From assembly GCA_036639135.1 (NCBI GenBank), contig JAVWJE010000001.1, forward strand, positions 1-60,868: a DNA stretch of 60,868 nt, given 5' to 3'. This DNA comes from Carnobacterium sp. (GTDB lineage Bacteria > Bacillota > Bacilli > Lactobacillales > Carnobacteriaceae). How positions within the stretch are numbered: the stretch's first letter is position 1; the number at the start of each line of letters is the position of its first letter. Made by a program: the position numbers and the translations under genes. This document shows positions 19,820 through 30,159 of the stretch, piece after piece. Under the pieces are notes generated by a model. That model was not told the origin of the DNA and did not search any database. It worked only from the letters and a program-made list of their open reading frames with translations.

Positions 19820-21160
19820 TTACATATAAATAGATGATAAATCACTAGCAATTGTAGGATATGCAAATATAAGCTGTGTGGCCTCTTTTGTAGTCATTTT
19901 TTCATCGATTAACAGACTCAAGAAATTAATTAAATCATCTGCTCTCTCATTTAGGCAAGTTGCTCCAACTAACAATCCAGTTTTCCGATTTTTTATTAGT
20001 TTAATTTTTGAAATAGGTTCATTTACTCGAGAGTAACTAAACCAAGAAGTAGCATCAATTTGAGATACTTCATAATCATCCTCTTGTTCAGTTGCTTGTT
20101 CAATAGATACTCCTGTTTGAGCTAGTTTCGGACTTGAATAAACAACCGTAGGAATACAAGGATAAACAATTTTGTCGGTTGTTTTACCAGTCAGGTATTT
20201 CACTAAATAATTCCCTTCAAAACTCGCTACTGGAGTTAATTTTGCGCGTTTTTTTGACAACACATCTCCGCAAGCAAAAATGTTTTTATTGCTTGTTTGT
20301 AGGTAGTCATTGATTTGAATTCCATTTTTATTATAGTCTACTTTCGCTTTGTCCAGATCTAATGCTTCAATGTTAGGAATACGTCCCGTCGCACAAAATA
20401 CTAAATCTGTCTTTATACTCTCATTATTCTCAATTATTACTAAAAAAGAATCTTTGTTTTTTTTAATTTCTTTTGTATTCATATTAAAATGAAAAATTAC
20501 ACCTTTAGCTTCTAACTGTTGGACACTTTGTTTAACAAGTTCAGAATCAAAAGCTTTCAATGGTTTATCATTATGATGAACAACGTGTACTTTAGCACCT
20601 GCAGCATTGGCAATGGTTGCTAATTCAAAAGAAACATAACCACCACCAATAAAGGTAACTGTTTTAGGCATTTCAGGCAAAGATAAGAAGTCGTCACTGG
20701 TTAGCAAATAGTCTTTTCCTTCAATAGGTAATAAGGAAGGTCTTGCACCAGTCGCAATAACAAAGGTTTCAGCTGAGAATGTGCCGTCATTTACTTGAAC
20801 TGTTTTTTCATCAATAAATTTAGCTTTCCCTATAATAGTTTCCACTCCAGCTGATTGCAAACTCTTATTAGATGCATCTGACACAGGATTTATAATCGAT
20901 TCTTTAAATGCCATTAATTCAGACCAATTGACTTGGGGAGTATGAGAAAAACCTTTTCCGATTAATTGTGTAACACTGTCTTTAGCTTCTACTATTGAGT
21001 AAAGAGTTTTTTTGGGATCACAGCCTCGGTTTGGGCAAGTTCCACCCCATAAATCATCTTCTATAACAGCAACTTTTTTGCCTTCTGCAACAAGTCCATT
21101 CGCTATTGCCATTCCACCAACACCACTACCGATAATAATCACATCGAATGCTTTATTCAT
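19820..21160 (-). CDS. Pyridine nucleotide-disulfide oxidoreductase (second glutathione reductase-like enzyme)
   Basis: GSGVGG, WGGTCPNRGCDPKK, GGGYV; C-terminal YPT instead of HPT. Confidence 0.85.
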   Translation of the reverse strand: MNKAFDVIIIGSGVGGMAIANGLVAEGKKVAVIEDDLWGGTCPNRGCDPKKTLYSIVEAKDSVTQLIGKGFSHTPQVNWSELMAFKESIINPVSDASNKSLQSAGVETIIGKAKFIDEKTVQVNDGTFSAETFVIATGARPSLLPIEGKDYLLTSDDFLSLPEMPKTVTFIGGGYVSFELATIANAAGAKVHVVHHNDKPLKAFDSELVKQSVQQLEAKGVIFHFNMNTKEIKKNKDSFLVIIENNESIKTDLVFCATGRIPNIEALDLDKAKVDYNKNGIQINDYLQTSNKNIFACGDVLSKKRAKLTPVASFEGNYLVKYLTGKTTDKIVYPCIPTVVYSSPKLAQTGVSIEQATEQEDDYEVSQIDATSWFSYSRVNEPISKIKLIKNRKTGLLVGATCLNERADDLINFLSLLIDEKMTTKEATQLIFAYPTIASDLSSIYM

Positions 21161-21344
21161 CTGTAAAACCTCCCCTTCAAATACGTTTTACCATAGACTG
21201 TCTCTTTTTGCCATTAACTACTCTTGCTTTTTATAAAAAGTGTCTCTTTTATTGTTTTTTTTTTGAAGAATTTACGATCTTCTACACTAAAGACCTCAAA
21301 CATGTTAGAATCGTATTACTAAACGTTTGGGAGGGTTTTCAAAA

Positions 21345-21746
21345 ATGAATGAAAAAACATTAGTATTGATAAAACCGGATGCTGTAGAACGAAATTTAAT
21401 TGGAAATATTTTAATGGAATACGAACGGAATGGTTTAAAAGTTACAGATATGAAGTTAATAACGGCTTCGACAGCATTAGCAGAAAAACACTATGCTGAA
21501 CACAAAGAAAAGCCTTTTTTCAATAGATTGGTATCTTACCTTACAAGAAGTCCACTAGTTGCACTTGTTTTAGAAGGAGAAAATGTGGTGAGTCGGGTAC
21601 GAAAATTAAATGGAACAACAAACCCTGAAGAATCTGATGATAATACGATTCGTGCGCTTTATGGGCTAAGTTTATCAGAAAATACGGTTCATTCATCTGA
21701 TTCAAAAGAAAGCGCGCTTAGAGAATGTTCCATTTGGTTTAATTAG
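21345..21746 (+). CDS. ndk: Nucleoside diphosphate kinase
   Basis: TLVLIKPDAV, HYAEH, NTVHSSDS. Confidence 0.95.
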   Translation: MNEKTLVLIKPDAVERNLIGNILMEYERNGLKVTDMKLITASTALAEKHYAEHKEKPFFNRLVSYLTRSPLVALVLEGENVVSRVRKLNGTTNPEESDDNTIRALYGLSLSENTVHSSDSKESALRECSIWFN

Positions 21747-21935
21747 ATTAATTCTATCTGTACAATAAAAAAATCTGCCAAGATATATTGGTAGATTTTT
21801 TTACTTATAATGATAATTTTAATTTTTTTAATAAAAACTTTGCTGTTACTTTTAGCCTTAACTTTTTTTATTTCTAAGGAAGCGCGTTATGATATAATAA
21901 TATTTGAACTAAATAGTCAATAAAAGGAGAATTCT

Positions 21936-23186
21936 ATGAAAATTGGTTACGCTTGTCTAACTCTAGGTGTATACAATACAAATTTTAGAACATGTACTCT
22001 TAAAACCGCAACACCAAAGCATTTATTAACACTAATCGAACATAATTTGAAAACTTTAGATAGAATTATTGATTACAATATTAGTATGGGAATTACCCAT
22101 TTTAGAATCAGTTCGGACATCATTCCTTTCGGTTCAAGTCCAATTAACACTCTTCCTTGGGATGATATTTTTAAAGAAGAATTTCATTTCATTGCTAAAA
22201 AATTAAAAGCAACTAATACAAGGGTATCCATGCACCCTGGACAATATACTGTCTTAAATTCACCAAATGAAGATGTCGTCAAACGAGCAGTAGAGGATCT
22301 TGCTTACCATGCTCGCTTTTTAACTGCTCTTGAAACAGCAAAGTCTAGTAAAATTATTCTTCATATTGGTGGTGTCTATGGAGATAAAGAAACAGCTGTT
22401 GCAAGATTCGAAAAAAATTACCATCTTTTAAGTCAAGAGATCAAAAATAGATTAGTCATTGAAAATGATGATAAATCTTATCATATAGGTGATGTACTAG
22501 CTATTGGACTTACAAATCACATCCCTGTCGTCTACGATAATTTACACAATCAAGTTCTTCCTTTTGATATTTCTAAAGATGATCGTTATTTTATAACTCT
22601 GGCCAATCAAACTTGGAAGACCGAAGATGGTGTTCAAAAAATTCATTACTCCCAAGGTGAAAAATTAAAAAGAGCTGGGAGCCACTCTAGAACAATCAAT
22701 TTAGAAGTATTAAATGAATTTATAAAAGATATTCCTGATGTGGATATTATGTTAGAAGTAAAAGATAAAAACTTATCTGCTGTTAAAGCAGCTAACTTAA
22801 TTACACCGAATAAGGAAATCTCAAACTTAGAAAAAGAATGGGCTAGATATAAATACAACATTCTTGAACATGATCCAACTCTATATAAAGAGATTAGAAC
22901 CCTTTTAAAAGATAAAGAGTCTTATCCTGTAATAAAGTTTTACTTTTTAATCGACCAAGCCTTGGCCGTAGAACCAAGTGAAGGAACGAGAATAAACGCT
23001 GCATCACATGTCTGGGGATATTTTAAAGAGGTCGCTACAGAAAAAGAGCGAAAACAGTATGCTTCCTATATCGAATCCTTTAAAAAGGGAACCTATTCTA
23101 TTAATGCTGTTAAAGGAATGCTTTTAAAATTGGCCATTAAATATAAAAACGATTACTTATTATCTAGTTACTACTTTCATTTTTAA
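21936..23186 (+). CDS. uvsE: UV DNA damage endonuclease with C-terminal DUF1722-like domain
   Basis: IGYAC, FRISSD, SMHPGQY, LHIGG, IENDD, MLEVKDK; tail EWARYKY...HVWGYFK. Confidence 0.9.
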   Translation: MKIGYACLTLGVYNTNFRTCTLKTATPKHLLTLIEHNLKTLDRIIDYNISMGITHFRISSDIIPFGSSPINTLPWDDIFKEEFHFIAKKLKATNTRVSMHPGQYTVLNSPNEDVVKRAVEDLAYHARFLTALETAKSSKIILHIGGVYGDKETAVARFEKNYHLLSQEIKNRLVIENDDKSYHIGDVLAIGLTNHIPVVYDNLHNQVLPFDISKDDRYFITLANQTWKTEDGVQKIHYSQGEKLKRAGSHSRTINLEVLNEFIKDIPDVDIMLEVKDKNLSAVKAANLITPNKEISNLEKEWARYKYNILEHDPTLYKEIRTLLKDKESYPVIKFYFLIDQALAVEPSEGTRINAASHVWGYFKEVATEKERKQYASYIESFKKGTYSINAVKGMLLKLAIKYKNDYLLSSYYFHF

Positions 23187-23201
23187 ATAGGAGGAATTCA
23201 T

Positions 23202-23780
23202 TTGAAAAAAGCAGCAAAGAATGATCTGCGCTTCATTATTTTATTTGGTTTGCTACTTGTTTTTGTTGGGGGTTGTTCATCTACAAAAGATACAAACAAA
23301 GAAGCAATAGAATCTGTTATAAAGACAGCTTTCACTCTTCCTGATGAAGAATTGATGGTTGAAGTAAATGACCCAGGAAATGCTACTTATATTGGGGAAA
23401 TCTCATCTAGCGAAAGTTCAACTTTAAAAGGAAAACATAACGGAATCGAAAAATTGCTACAAGAAAGATATGGTGACAAGTTCACTAAATATGGCTATGA
23501 AAAATTTGTATCTGGTTCTGCTTCTGTTTATCCTATGTTAGCAGAACGATCAGGGTATTTAACAACCGTTGAAAATGTCATTGTCGAACAAGATAAGGAT
23601 GACCCTAACCGATACCATTTTGAAGCTGAAATTATTTATACGACTCACGATGGAGAAGAAAAAAAGACAACTATGATAGGTAAAGCCGAATGCAAACAAG
23701 AAGAAGGAAAAATAGATTCCTTAGATATTAATGACGATGGTGGATTAGCGAAAGAAATGTCTGGTGAATCTGAACACTAA
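23202..23780 (+). CDS. Hypothetical lipoprotein
   Basis: Basic N-terminus, hydrophobic stretch, lipobox-like VGGC; TTG start after GGAGG. Confidence 0.75.
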   Translation: MKKAAKNDLRFIILFGLLLVFVGGCSSTKDTNKEAIESVIKTAFTLPDEELMVEVNDPGNATYIGEISSSESSTLKGKHNGIEKLLQERYGDKFTKYGYEKFVSGSASVYPMLAERSGYLTTVENVIVEQDKDDPNRYHFEAEIIYTTHDGEEKKTTMIGKAECKQEEGKIDSLDINDDGGLAKEMSGESEH

Positions 23781-23927
23781 TCAACCTTTATTACACAATT
23801 AACTTCTCGTAAACGATATCTTTCATGAGAAAGTCCGTGTAGAATCAGACAATAGTAAAGCTATTACTCTTGAACGCGAATGGCAACTAAATGAATTAAA
23901 AACCATTATTAAAGAATAGCATCTTTA

Positions 23928-23975
23928 TAAAAAGAAACACCCTGATTTAAGTATAAAATCAGGGTGTTTCTTTTT
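23928..23975. terminator. Bidirectional terminator
   Basis: AAAAAGAAACACCCTGATTT...AAATCAGGGTGTTTCTTTTT. Confidence 0.85.
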
Positions 23976-23978
23976 AAA

Positions 23979-24596
23979 TTAAAATTGTCGTTTGAAAGGA
24001 ATGGTTTGAATACTTGCATAATCCGTTCCACCCAATCGAGCGACTGGACGTAGAACATCAGATAAGACGTAACCTTGTTTAGAATCATAAACTTTTTCAT
24101 CTACAATGGAACCAATCACTCGAAGAATAACCAAATCTGCTTCTTCATGATTTTTCTCATAGTTTTTCAATGCAATCGATTCTTCCAAAACAACTTCAAA
24201 TCGAATCAACGCTTCTTCTATACCAGGTGTTTTAATTTTCATACTTGAACTTAAATGTAGATTTGTTAATTCTAGCTCACTATTGTTTCTTTCCAACGGC
24301 TTAGAAGAAACATCCATTGCATCTATTAATGATTCATTCACTATATGAATAACCGCTTCTTTTTCTCTAGAAATATTTAAAAAAGTATCTTTTTGCTTGT
24401 CTCCATCTCTCTGAAAAGATACGGCTACTAATGTTGGAGATAGCACATTGAAGTAACTAAAAGGTGCTAAATTGATACTCGCATCCTCATTAAGACTAGT
24501 GATCCAAGCTATTGGCCGTGGAATAACACTGCCTTTAACCAGTTTCATTCTATTTTTTTCATCTATTTTATCAAAATCTATTTTTAACTTTGTCAT
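23979..24596 (-). CDS. Flavin reductase-like FMN-binding protein
   Basis: PRPIAWITS, NLAPFSYFN, KDT, ARLGG. Confidence 0.88.
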   Translation of the reverse strand: MTKLKIDFDKIDEKNRMKLVKGSVIPRPIAWITSLNEDASINLAPFSYFNVLSPTLVAVSFQRDGDKQKDTFLNISREKEAVIHIVNESLIDAMDVSSKPLERNNSELELTNLHLSSSMKIKTPGIEEALIRFEVVLEESIALKNYEKNHEEADLVILRVIGSIVDEKVYDSKQGYVLSDVLRPVARLGGTDYASIQTIPFKRQF

Positions 24597-25207
24597 TGAA
24601 CGTCCTCCATTTTCATTGAAAGAAAGCTTTTAGCATCGTTTAATTCTTCCTGAGTGATTTGATGTCCTTGGTCACGTATAACAGTCTCTACTTTTATTGA
24701 AGCTGCTGCCATGCTCGTTTTAATCTGCATGAACTCGCTTTCAGTGACATAAGGATCCTTTTTTCCAGCGGTCATTAAAACTCTAAGATTTGCTTGCTTT
24801 TTAAATCCTTTATCGGGAGTGACTTGAGAAGGATGAAACAACAAAATAGTGTCTACTGGCAAATCAGTATATTCTTTTAAGAGATTTTTCGCAAGGTTCG
24901 CTCCATTAGAATAACCTATTATTGTTACCATCGCGTCCTCTAAGCTGTTTTTCTTAAGCGATTCACGGATTGATTCGTAAAGATCTTGTGTTGCTTTAGC
25001 CAGACTTAAAAGATCAAAGCTTCCATCAGGATAACGTGCAAAGTATCGACTCATCCCATTTTCGTTTACTTCTCCTTGGAAACCAATTTTTGTAGACTCT
25101 GGATCAAGAAAATGAGCGAGTTCAAACAGACTTGTAGCTGTTCCTCCAGTTCCATGAAGAGTGATGATTACATGTTTATCCATTCCTCTACTGATTGTCT
25201 CTTTCAT
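24593..25207 (-). CDS. mhqD: Alpha/beta hydrolase (MhqD-like carboxylesterase)
   Basis: LHGTGG, GYSNGAN, DP, GHQ. Confidence 0.75.
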   Translation of the reverse strand: MKETISRGMDKHVIITLHGTGGTATSLFELAHFLDPESTKIGFQGEVNENGMSRYFARYPDGSFDLLSLAKATQDLYESIRESLKKNSLEDAMVTIIGYSNGANLAKNLLKEYTDLPVDTILLFHPSQVTPDKGFKKQANLRVLMTAGKKDPYVTESEFMQIKTSMAAASIKVETVIRDQGHQITQEELNDAKSFLSMKMEDVQ

Positions 25208-25635
25208 CATAAAGACTCCTCTGACTTTTTACCTATTTTTTTTAACAAGTATTGCAACTGTAATTCTTCATCTTTACTTAAGACATTAAAAATAGACCGC
25301 ATATAAGAATAATGTTTTTCATAAATCTCTTCAAATACCTCTGTGCCCAGTTCTGTAAGAGCAATGATTTGAATTCTTTTATCCTTTTCTTTCTTTTCTT
25401 TTGTAATGTAATTTTTCTTACTTAGTATTTCTAGCACGTAAGTCATGCTGCTGTTAGGAATAAGCACAGTATCGATTAGCTCTTGCGTTGTAAGTAATCC
25501 TTTTACAAACAGAGCTTCCATAGCTGTAAATTCATTAACATTGATGTCTGTATTCGAAAGAGAATGTTTTACATTTTTTTCAACGCTATTGTAAGCTTTA
25601 AATAAAATAATTAAACTTTTAAGTTCATTCCTCAT
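25207..25635 (-). CDS. mhqR: MarR-family repressor (MhqR-like)
   Basis: EFTAMEAL, SSMTYV, DKR wing motif; context. Confidence 0.7.
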   Translation of the reverse strand: MRNELKSLIILFKAYNSVEKNVKHSLSNTDINVNEFTAMEALFVKGLLTTQELIDTVLIPNSSMTYVLEILSKKNYITKEKKEKDKRIQIIALTELGTEVFEEIYEKHYSYMRSIFNVLSKDEELQLQYLLKKIGKKSEESL

Positions 25636-26633
25636 TTTTCAAAGTACTCCTTTTCAAAGTGTTTCGTACTTCTTACCGTATCAAAATCTGGCAATTGTGA
25701 TTCAACGTATTCACGTTTATTTCTTAAATGAGGTGGAAGTGTCAGTGTTTCTCCAAGTACTTCGTAAGTTTCTTCATCATCAATAAATCCTGGCCCTTCT
25801 GTCGACAACTCAAATAGGATGTTGGGGTACAAACGTATATAAACAGCTTTAAAATAATACCGATCAATAAAACCTGAGTTTGGCAGACCTAATTTGTTAA
25901 AATGCCCTTTCCAAGCATCCAGATGTTCTTTGTTCTCAACTCTAAAAGCAACATGATGAACACCACCATAACCTTGCCTTGCACTTTCTAACGTATCATC
26001 TTTTTCAACAATAACTGAAGCACCATTACCGCCTTCACCCATTTCATAAAGAGTAAAATTATCTTCACTTCCCACTTTTCGCATCTTCATCACTTCAATA
26101 AGAGCATGCTCCATCATTTCTTCAAATTGAACTCTCAAAAAAATAGGTCCTAATCCCGTAATTGCGTACTCATCTGGAACTGGTCCTTTATGCCAAGGCT
26201 CTCCTGACTTTATCCCTTTATTTTTTTCATCAGAAAAAATCGCGTATTGTTGCTTATCAAAATCTTCAAAATAAAGAACTCGTTTTCCAAAATGTTCAAT
26301 TATGGGATTTTTTTTGATTTTATAATGATTCAGTCTTTTTTCCCAATATCTAAGTGTTTCATCATTTGGCACTCTAAAACTTGTTCTGGAAATGTCATTT
26401 GTTCCTTTTTGATGAGGAGCAGTTCCATTAAAATCAAAAAAGGTCATATCGGTTCCAGCATTGCCACGATCATCAGCGAAAAATAAATGATACGTTGAAA
26501 GATCGTCTTGGTTCACGTTCTTTTTTACTAAGCGCATACCTAAAATATGGGTATAAAAATCGTAAATTTTCTCTGCACTACTTGTTATTGCTGTAACATG
26601 GTGTATTCCCTTCAATTGTTTTATTTCATTCAT
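25632..26633 (-). CDS. Ring-cleaving dioxygenase (MhqA/MhqO-like, VOC fold)
   Basis: GIHHVTA, RLVKKNVNQDD, HHVAFRV, DRYYF, LFELSTEGPGF. Confidence 0.92.
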   Translation of the reverse strand: MNEIKQLKGIHHVTAITSSAEKIYDFYTHILGMRLVKKNVNQDDLSTYHLFFADDRGNAGTDMTFFDFNGTAPHQKGTNDISRTSFRVPNDETLRYWEKRLNHYKIKKNPIIEHFGKRVLYFEDFDKQQYAIFSDEKNKGIKSGEPWHKGPVPDEYAITGLGPIFLRVQFEEMMEHALIEVMKMRKVGSEDNFTLYEMGEGGNGASVIVEKDDTLESARQGYGGVHHVAFRVENKEHLDAWKGHFNKLGLPNSGFIDRYYFKAVYIRLYPNILFELSTEGPGFIDDEETYEVLGETLTLPPHLRNKREYVESQLPDFDTVRSTKHFEKEYFEK

Positions 26634-26806
26634 TATGAAATAGCCTCCTATTTATTCATTTCTTATTCGTTAATTTAATTTTTGAAGCTTTCTTCTTTTT
26701 AAAAATATGACTCCTTTTTTATATCTTATGCTAAGATTCTAGCTTTCCTGTATTTTTTCATTAATCAGATGATGTGTTTTTAATTATTATTTTACTGTAT
26801 GACCAT

Positions 26807-26828
26807 ATTATTACTAATTCGTAATAAT
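26807..26828. promoter_or_regulatory. Palindromic operator candidate for the MarR/MhqR repressor
   Basis: ATTATTAC-TAATTC-GTAATAAT upstream of the dioxygenase operon. Confidence 0.5.
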
Positions 26829-27033
26829 ATCAAATTTTTTAAATTTCATAAAATCACCTTTAGAATAAATAACACCTTTTTGTTTTGTAATAGTTTTGGA
26901 GATTTAGACGCTTTTGCTAAAATGCTTTGAGATAAAAAAATGACACTTAACCTCTCTTCCATCTTATTTTTGGAAGAACGGTTTGAGTGTCATTTTATTT
27001 ATTAGTGTAAATTAAGGACTGCAACCCTTTTAT

Positions 27034-28074
27034 TTAAATCGATTCTTCATTTACTTCTAAGTTCTTATAGGCCTCTTTTAACATTCTACAATGAACACCT
27101 AAAATACCATTAGAAACTTGTGTAACATGGAAATCCCCTTTAACACTTAGAGTGGAATATGCTAATTCTCTAGATATATTAAACCGATGCGTTAGAAAAT
27201 CTACAGCTTCTAATGCAGCTTCTATGTTTGCTAAGTCCAAGGTATGACCAAAGCCGTGTGTTTCCCAATGCTCACCAGAGTCTAAAACAGGATTCTTAAA
27301 TAACTTTTTATCTTTGTGGAGAATAATTTGAATACGGCCATTCAGACTACCTTCAATTGCTGTCCCACTAAGTTCTCCGTCTCCTTGTGCAAAGTGACTA
27401 TCACCAACATAAACACCCGCACCTTTTACTTGAACTTTATAATACATTGATGTTCCAGTAATAAAGTTTTTGTTATCAACATTTCCACCAAAATCAAATG
27501 GATGAAGAGAATGAACTTTACCCTTTTTAGCAGGTAATACTCCCGCAACGCCAAAGAACATATTTAATGGAATTGTCAATTTTTCTGTAATTGGTGTTCT
27601 TTTAACAGATCCTGGAGGCGTCACAAGTCCTGGTGCATTTATTGGTCTTGGATAAGGATAAGAAAAAATCGGATACGTAATTCCTTGTTCTAAATCAACT
27701 TCGAAAATAAAGATAGATTCTTCACGATTAAAGCTATTTGATAAATTCCCCCAATTGGCTAGGACATTTGACCCATAATTCATTCTTGGTTTGGTTTCAA
27801 TAATCTTCATTTCAATAATATCATTAGGCTCAGCATCTTTGACATAAATAGGCCCAGTTATGATATGATCTCCCATATCCCTAACGACAACATCATAAAT
27901 TTCTTTAATTGCGTCATCAAACAATAAATCAGGCGCATCACCAGATTGATGATTCAATGCTTCAATATCGACAAAATCTCCTGATTCGATAGTTAAAACT
28001 GGTTTCCAAGAATTATCATAGTAACCCCATTTGACTGTATCAACTGTAGCTTTTAATTCATGTATCTTAGTCAT
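27034..28074 (-). CDS. Acetamidase/formamidase family protein
   Basis: HIITGPIYV, GGNVD, GDSHFAQGDGE. Confidence 0.88.
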   Translation of the reverse strand: MTKIHELKATVDTVKWGYYDNSWKPVLTIESGDFVDIEALNHQSGDAPDLLFDDAIKEIYDVVVRDMGDHIITGPIYVKDAEPNDIIEMKIIETKPRMNYGSNVLANWGNLSNSFNREESIFIFEVDLEQGITYPIFSYPYPRPINAPGLVTPPGSVKRTPITEKLTIPLNMFFGVAGVLPAKKGKVHSLHPFDFGGNVDNKNFITGTSMYYKVQVKGAGVYVGDSHFAQGDGELSGTAIEGSLNGRIQIILHKDKKLFKNPVLDSGEHWETHGFGHTLDLANIEAALEAVDFLTHRFNISRELAYSTLSVKGDFHVTQVSNGILGVHCRMLKEAYKNLEVNEESI

Positions 28075-28169
28075 AATTGCCTCCTCTTCAAATTATTCAT
28101 ATAATTAGTCGATGCTTTTTACACTTCAAAAATATAACAACATCAAGAAATTCTGTATGTTCATTAAAA

Positions 28170-28183
28170 TGATAGCGCTATCT
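28170..28183. promoter_or_regulatory. cre-like (CcpA) site in the amidase leader
   Basis: TGATAGCGCTATCT versus consensus TGWNANCGNTNWCA. Confidence 0.45.
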
Positions 28184-28250
28184 TTTTTAGGAATTCGTTA
28201 GCAACCTAGGAGTTTATTGACCTCCGTATAATATAAAATATGTTTGTGTA

Positions 28251-28278
28251 ATTTTATCAAATCTGTGAAAAATGTCAA
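28251..28278 (-). promoter_or_regulatory. SigA-type promoter of the amidase gene
   Basis: TTGACA (28278-28273), 16 nt spacer, extended -10 TGaTAAAAT. Confidence 0.65.
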
Positions 28279-28282
28279 GAAT

Positions 28283-28324
28283 TTTTGATATATGCCCTTA
28301 TATATTTTGATATTTGCCCTTATA
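28283..28324. repeat. Tandem direct repeat, 20 bp with 22 bp period
   Basis: TTTTGATAT(A/T)TGCCCTTATA twice, immediately upstream of the -35 box. Confidence 0.8.
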
Positions 28325-28420
28325 AACTAAGAAGCGATTCCCCCTAAAAAAAAGCATCCCAAAATACACCTAACTTTTAGTTTTCAGCTTTTATCAAATC
28401 ATTTCAAGTCCAACACAACA

Positions 28421-28468
28421 AAAAAAGCTGTTAGAACGTTGTATTAACAACGTCTAACAGCTTTTTTG
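28421..28468 (-). terminator. guaA terminator
   Basis: AAAAAAGCTGTTAGA...TCTAACAGCTTTTTT. Confidence 0.8.
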
Positions 28469-28471
28469 TTT

Positions 28472-30028
28472 CTATTCCCACTCGATAGTTGATGGTGGTT
28501 TACTCGTTATATCGTACACGATACGGTTAACGTGAGCAACTTCATTTACAATGCGAACAGATATTTTTTGCAAAACATCCCATGGAATACGAGCAAAATC
28601 ACTTGTCATACCATCAATTGAAGTAACAGCACGAACACCAACAGTGTAATCATACGTACGTCCGTCACCCATAACTCCAACGCTACGAATGCCAGGTAAG
28701 ACAGTAAAGTATTGCCATACGTCACGGTCAAGTCCAGCTAATGCGATTTCTTCACGTAGAATAGCATCACTTTCACGCACGATTTCTATTTTTTCTTCAG
28801 TCAGTTCGCCAAGTACACGAATGCCTAATCCAGGACCTGGGAAAGGTTGACGCCATACTAAACTTTCTGGCATACCTAATTCAATTCCTAATTCACGTAC
28901 TTCATCTTTAAATAATGTATTTAAAGGTTCAATTAACTTAAACTGCATATCTTCAGGAAGGCCACCAACGTTATGGTGTGATTTGATTGTTTCTGCTGTA
29001 TCTGTTCCACTTTCAATCACATCTGTATAAAGGGTTCCTTGTGCTAAGAATTCAATGCCTTTTAATTTTGTTGCTTCATCATCAAAAACATAAATAAATT
29101 CATTTCCAATAATTTTGCGTTTTTGTTCAGGATCACTAACACCAGCTAATTTATCCATGAAGCGTTTTTTAGCATCTACTCTGATAATGTTCAAGCCAAA
29201 TTTACCTTCTAGACTAGCCATAACTTGATCGCCTTCATTTTTACGCAATAAACCATGATCAACAAAAATACACGTTAGTTGATCTCCAATAGCTCTTTGC
29301 AATAAGACACCAACGACACTTGAATCTACTCCGCCAGATAAAGCTAATAAGACATTTTTAGTGCCAACTGTTTCACGGATTTTTGCGATTTCAATATCAA
29401 TAAAGTTACTGATGCTCCAAGTTCCTTTGCAGCCACAAACAGAAAAAGCAAAGTTTTTCAGCATCGCATTCCCTTGTTCAGTGTGGCGTACTTCTGGATG
29501 GAATTGAACTGCGTGGAAATTTCTTTTTGAATCAACCATTGATGCAATCGGACAGTGTGGACTCGTTGCTGCAACTTCAAAACCTATCGGAACTTGAGTA
29601 ACTAAATCACCATGACTCATCCAAACAGTTTCTGCATTTGACAACCCTCCAAATAATGGTGCATTCACATTATTTATTTCAATGTTTGCTTTCCCATATT
29701 CACGGTTTGAACTGCCTTCCACTTTTCCGCCTAGTGCAGTTGTCATTAATTGCATCCCATAACAAATCCCTAAAATAGGAATGCCTAGTTCGAAAATAGC
29801 AGGATCAATTGAATAAGCTCCATCATCATAAACACTCATAGGGCCGCCTGAAAAAATAATACCTTTTGCATTCATACTGCCTAGCTCTTCTGCTGTTACT
29901 TTATGAGAAATTAATTCTGAAAATACACCAAATTCTCTAATACGTCGTGTAATTAATTGATTGTATTGACTCCCAAAATCTAATACAACAATCTTTTCAA
30001 CATTTGTTAAATCAGTCGTTATTGCCAC
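28472..30028 (-). CDS. guaA: GMP synthase (glutamine-hydrolysing)
   Basis: [43 protein letters not shown]. Confidence 0.98.
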   Translation of the reverse strand: MAITTDLTNVEKIVVLDFGSQYNQLITRRIREFGVFSELISHKVTAEELGSMNAKGIIFSGGPMSVYDDGAYSIDPAIFELGIPILGICYGMQLMTTALGGKVEGSSNREYGKANIEINNVNAPLFGGLSNAETVWMSHGDLVTQVPIGFEVAATSPHCPIASMVDSKRNFHAVQFHPEVRHTEQGNAMLKNFAFSVCGCKGTWSISNFIDIEIAKIRETVGTKNVLLALSGGVDSSVVGVLLQRAIGDQLTCIFVDHGLLRKNEGDQVMASLEGKFGLNIIRVDAKKRFMDKLAGVSDPEQKRKIIGNEFIYVFDDEATKLKGIEFLAQGTLYTDVIESGTDTAETIKSHHNVGGLPEDMQFKLIEPLNTLFKDEVRELGIELGMPESLVWRQPFPGPGLGIRVLGELTEEKIEIVRESDAILREEIALAGLDRDVWQYFTVLPGIRSVGVMGDGRTYDYTVGVRAVTSIDGMTSDFARIPWDVLQKISVRIVNEVAHVNRIVYDITSKPPSTIEWE

Positions 30029-30159
30029 GCAGTTTCACCCCATCTAATTTTTTCTTTTTACAGTTTTTCATCTGTCTCACCTATAATTATCTGTTAGGTT
30101 TCATTGTATCGACTCTGAGTAGACAAATCAATATGTCGAAAACGCTTTTTTGATTTTTT

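Noticed and set aside
21830-21935. LexA (GAAC-N4-GTTC) box before uvsE
   Set aside because: Only a half-site (TGAAC) is present
28080-28250. Known riboswitch class in the amidase leader
   Set aside because: Only two short hairpins; no match to guanidine, preQ1, SAM, purine or fluoride consensus that I can recognise
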